From Macrostomum lignano (taxonomy: Eukaryota): a stretch of DNA of 64,000 nt. Made by a program: the position numbers and the translations under genes. Under the pieces are notes generated by a model. The model worked only from the letters and a program-made list of their open reading frames with translations, did no database searches and was not told where the DNA came from. Below are positions 61,576 to 64,000 of the stretch, piece after piece. The stretch spans positions 2,046,001-2,110,000 of the forward strand of contig NIVC01000010.1 of assembly GCA_002269645.1 (NCBI GenBank), written 5' to 3'. The first letter of the stretch is position 1. Each line of letters opens with the position of its first letter.

Positions 61576-62186
61576 AAGCGTCGATCATGTCATCCATAAA
61601 AGCTCACGGGGGATTGCTGAGATGTCAAGGCTGAGGTCAAAAACTATATGTAGTTTATTCAAAAATTTGTATTCCATTCTTTATTGGCTCCCCTACGGGA
61701 GAGCACTGGTTTCTTGTAGCTAACTAAATATATTACTTTAACGGATATAATTTGTTAATCATGCATTAACGAGTGGTAATAATAGCCACTCCGTGATTGA
61801 AATTACCCCGTATCGATCGTTTGATTTCTGATTCTTACAATGTACGTCGCTTTGACTTTGTACGTCTTAGTCTGATTTCAGTTCTTAGTCTAGTGTGAAT
61901 TGCAACGCACCAAGTCGGAAGGAGTACGATCGTAAAAACCAAAATTGGAAGCAAAAAGGTATCCCCGCTTGCCGTGGGTTTAAGTCACACATGCTTTCAA
62001 TTGATTGCCCGAGAAGTTTTTTGAAAATTACATAGCAAATCCACATTTGTCTAGCAGAGAAGTATATCGTATAAGAAATCTGTCGCGTCTCTCCTTTCTT
62101 TCGTGCGATCTGATCCTTGTTAATTCCGATCTCTTCTCTTCTTTCTTTCTCGGTTTTCTACAATAGACTTATACAGACTATGACTC

Positions 62187-62720
62187 TAAGGTTGGTCAAA
62201 CGAGGGATTTTATCCACAGGGGTGATACCATATACTTATTTGCCATAGACTTAGGCCGGGGCAAGTGGGGGTTACATTGTCCAGCCAGGTTTTCAGTTCA
62301 TTGTCATCTACGAATGCTTTTTTTTTCTTCTGGGCATTGTTCAGGGACACGAAAGGTGATAATCCGTTGGCGCTATGTATGGTAAGTGTGTCACGCCGTA
62401 TTTCCTGGACGCAGATCTTGAAGTTTGTTGACCAACCATCTTGCAGTTGTTTGGGAGACAGCTCAGCATGCGGCAGGGGAAGTCCACCAAATGCAAAGAA
62501 TAACAGGGCCAATGGACTTCAGCCGATCTGCTGTATGACGATACGAGAGCAACGAAGTTGCCCTGACAACATGCCAGTTCCGATCAAATTCAGGCAGCTG
62601 GTGGGGCCACCCATTGATCCTAGCTTGGACACTAATTGCCTATTGTTTGCAATTGTGTTTTGCTGCGAGCTCTCGTGGACATCGGCCTCGGAAGGTGGTC
62701 CTTAACAGTCTCGATATTCA
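62187..62720 (-). mobile_element. Second mariner fossil, different subfamily from the 1-2 kb copy
   Basis: Frameshifted minus-strand fragments ELAAKHNC..WPHQL, GPVILCIWW (KVMLCVWW-like), IAPTDYHL and DDNELKTWLDN. TIR-like TAAGGTTGGTCAAA at 62187. Confidence 0.72.
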
Positions 62721-63362
62721 AGACCCTCATCTCGAGAGAGGAGTGACGGCAGGGAGTGACAGCATAAAAAGTCACGATTAGTTAGTTTGTCTGCTTTTCA
62801 CCTTTCGTTGGTTGCCATGGCAATAGTTTTCCAAGTCTGAGGTCTATTAGTACTGCAGCGGTAATGTAATTATCGAGGTAAATTTCCTAAATTGATCATT
62901 AATAACTGCATGTCTCCCACCGCGCAGCTCTTAATTTCTTACCTATTGTTAATTTTTATTTATTAATTAATGGCCCGGTAATAATAATAGACTTGATTGG
63001 CAAGATAGGGAAACTATATGTGTGGCAATCAAGCCTGCACACATGTATACAATGTGCATCGTTGATTAACTACCGTGTGTGGCTATTGTACCTGAATAAA
63101 CATAGCTGCTCAAGTCTGCAAAAGCGTGTGTTTGCGTTGCCATTGACAACCAGAGAGGCAAACACAAGCAGTAGGGAGCAAGGTGAAGTCCGCTAGCCGC
63201 TAAGCAATTGTTTTAATGCATTCTCAGCCATGCGTGCCATTGGCTTTGGCCTCGCAGCCACTGTATCCAATTGGCAGAAAACAGTAACTAACCAATACCT
63301 TTAAAATAAAAGTAGCGAACAGACTGACTGACTCACGAGTTTTTGCTTTCCATTCTCTGACA

Positions 63363-64000
63363 ATGAGCAGAAGCCAGGTTCGACCATCTGAGAGCGGCTC
63401 CAACCAGCTGCGGACCGTCCAGCTGCCTCTGCAGCTTCATAATCTTGAGAAGATTACCAGTCAGCTCAAGCTTCAAAATCCACTGGCTTCGACGAGTGCC
63501 GCCAATCTGAACTCAAATGTGGTCATCGATGTTCAGCAGCAGGTTGCCAACCTGTACCCGTGGGAGATGACCAAACACGTGAGCCATTGGTTTGATTGGG
63601 GATTCAGGAACACTAAAATGGGATCTCTCTGAGTTGCCAAAAAGGCATCTCAAAAAACGCTAGCTAAAATTAGTTTTTAAAGGTGCCAAATGCTTGCGAA
63701 ACGCGTGCAGAGAAGCGGGCGCAGAACAGAGGCCACCATTCATTTAGGGTTCATAGAGAGAGCCAGGGCCGCTGAACACCCTGTGCGAGCGTGTGCCAGC
63801 GCTCAGGATTCAGCAGAACGGACGTGACTGTTTGATTTTCATCCAGCGTCTGAAGGCCCCTGCAAACTGACTAATCTGCAGTCACACCGTTGGATTTCAA
63901 ACCCTCTCTGAACTCAAAGCCGCCCCTCTCGCCCCCGCAGTTTCACCACGCGGTTCGCGAAGGCGACGCGCAGTTCGTCCGGGCGGCCGTCCTCGCCAAG
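63363..64000 (+). CDS. 5' part of a probable ankyrin-repeat protein; exons 63363-63578 and 63941 to beyond 64000
   Basis: Phase-0 donor CAC|GTGAGC at 63579 and acceptor CCCGCAG at 63940. Exon 2 reads FHHAVREGDAQFVRAAVLAK, an ankyrin-like (LH.A...G...V..LL) pattern. Confidence 0.6.

Overview
This is eukaryotic (animal) genomic DNA, so the intron-blind ORF track splits the real genes and reports many spurious ORFs from tandem repeats. GC-rich exons, AT-rich spacers, a 35-nt intron next to kb-sized minisatellite-filled introns, and a TTAGGG tract suggest a flatworm such as Macrostomum; the species is an inference. Genes I could reconstruct with phase-consistent splice sites: a divergent AF4/FMR2 (AFF/lilliputian-like) elongation factor (+, 3 exons), WDR89 (-, 2 exons), MPDU1 (-), a C6orf163-like coiled-coil protein (+, 3 exons, one GC-AG intron), a PLPP4/5-type lipid phosphatase (-, 2 exons), EDC3 (-, 4 exons, apparently lacking the FDF motif), ERMARD/C6orf70 (-), a secreted C-type lectin + PAN/apple protein (-), the start of an ankyrin-repeat gene (+), the tail of a CDS at the left edge, and a possible orphan gene at 16.7-18.2 kb. 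Family assignments rest on motifs recalled from memory and need HMM/BLAST confirmation. Mobile DNA: two mariner fossils, several hAT- and MULE-type MITEs with visible TIRs and target-site duplications, a decayed FLYWCH-MULE transposon, a 5'-truncated RTE LINE and two tRNA-derived SINE families. Roughly a quarter of the window is locus-specific minisatellite arrays, mostly inside introns or predicted UTR introns. The most interesting candidates are minisatellite-built introns, operon-like runs of minus-strand genes, related inverted arrays flanking a symmetric AFF exon, and the FDF-less EDC3. There is no CRISPR array, rRNA or convincing tRNA gene.
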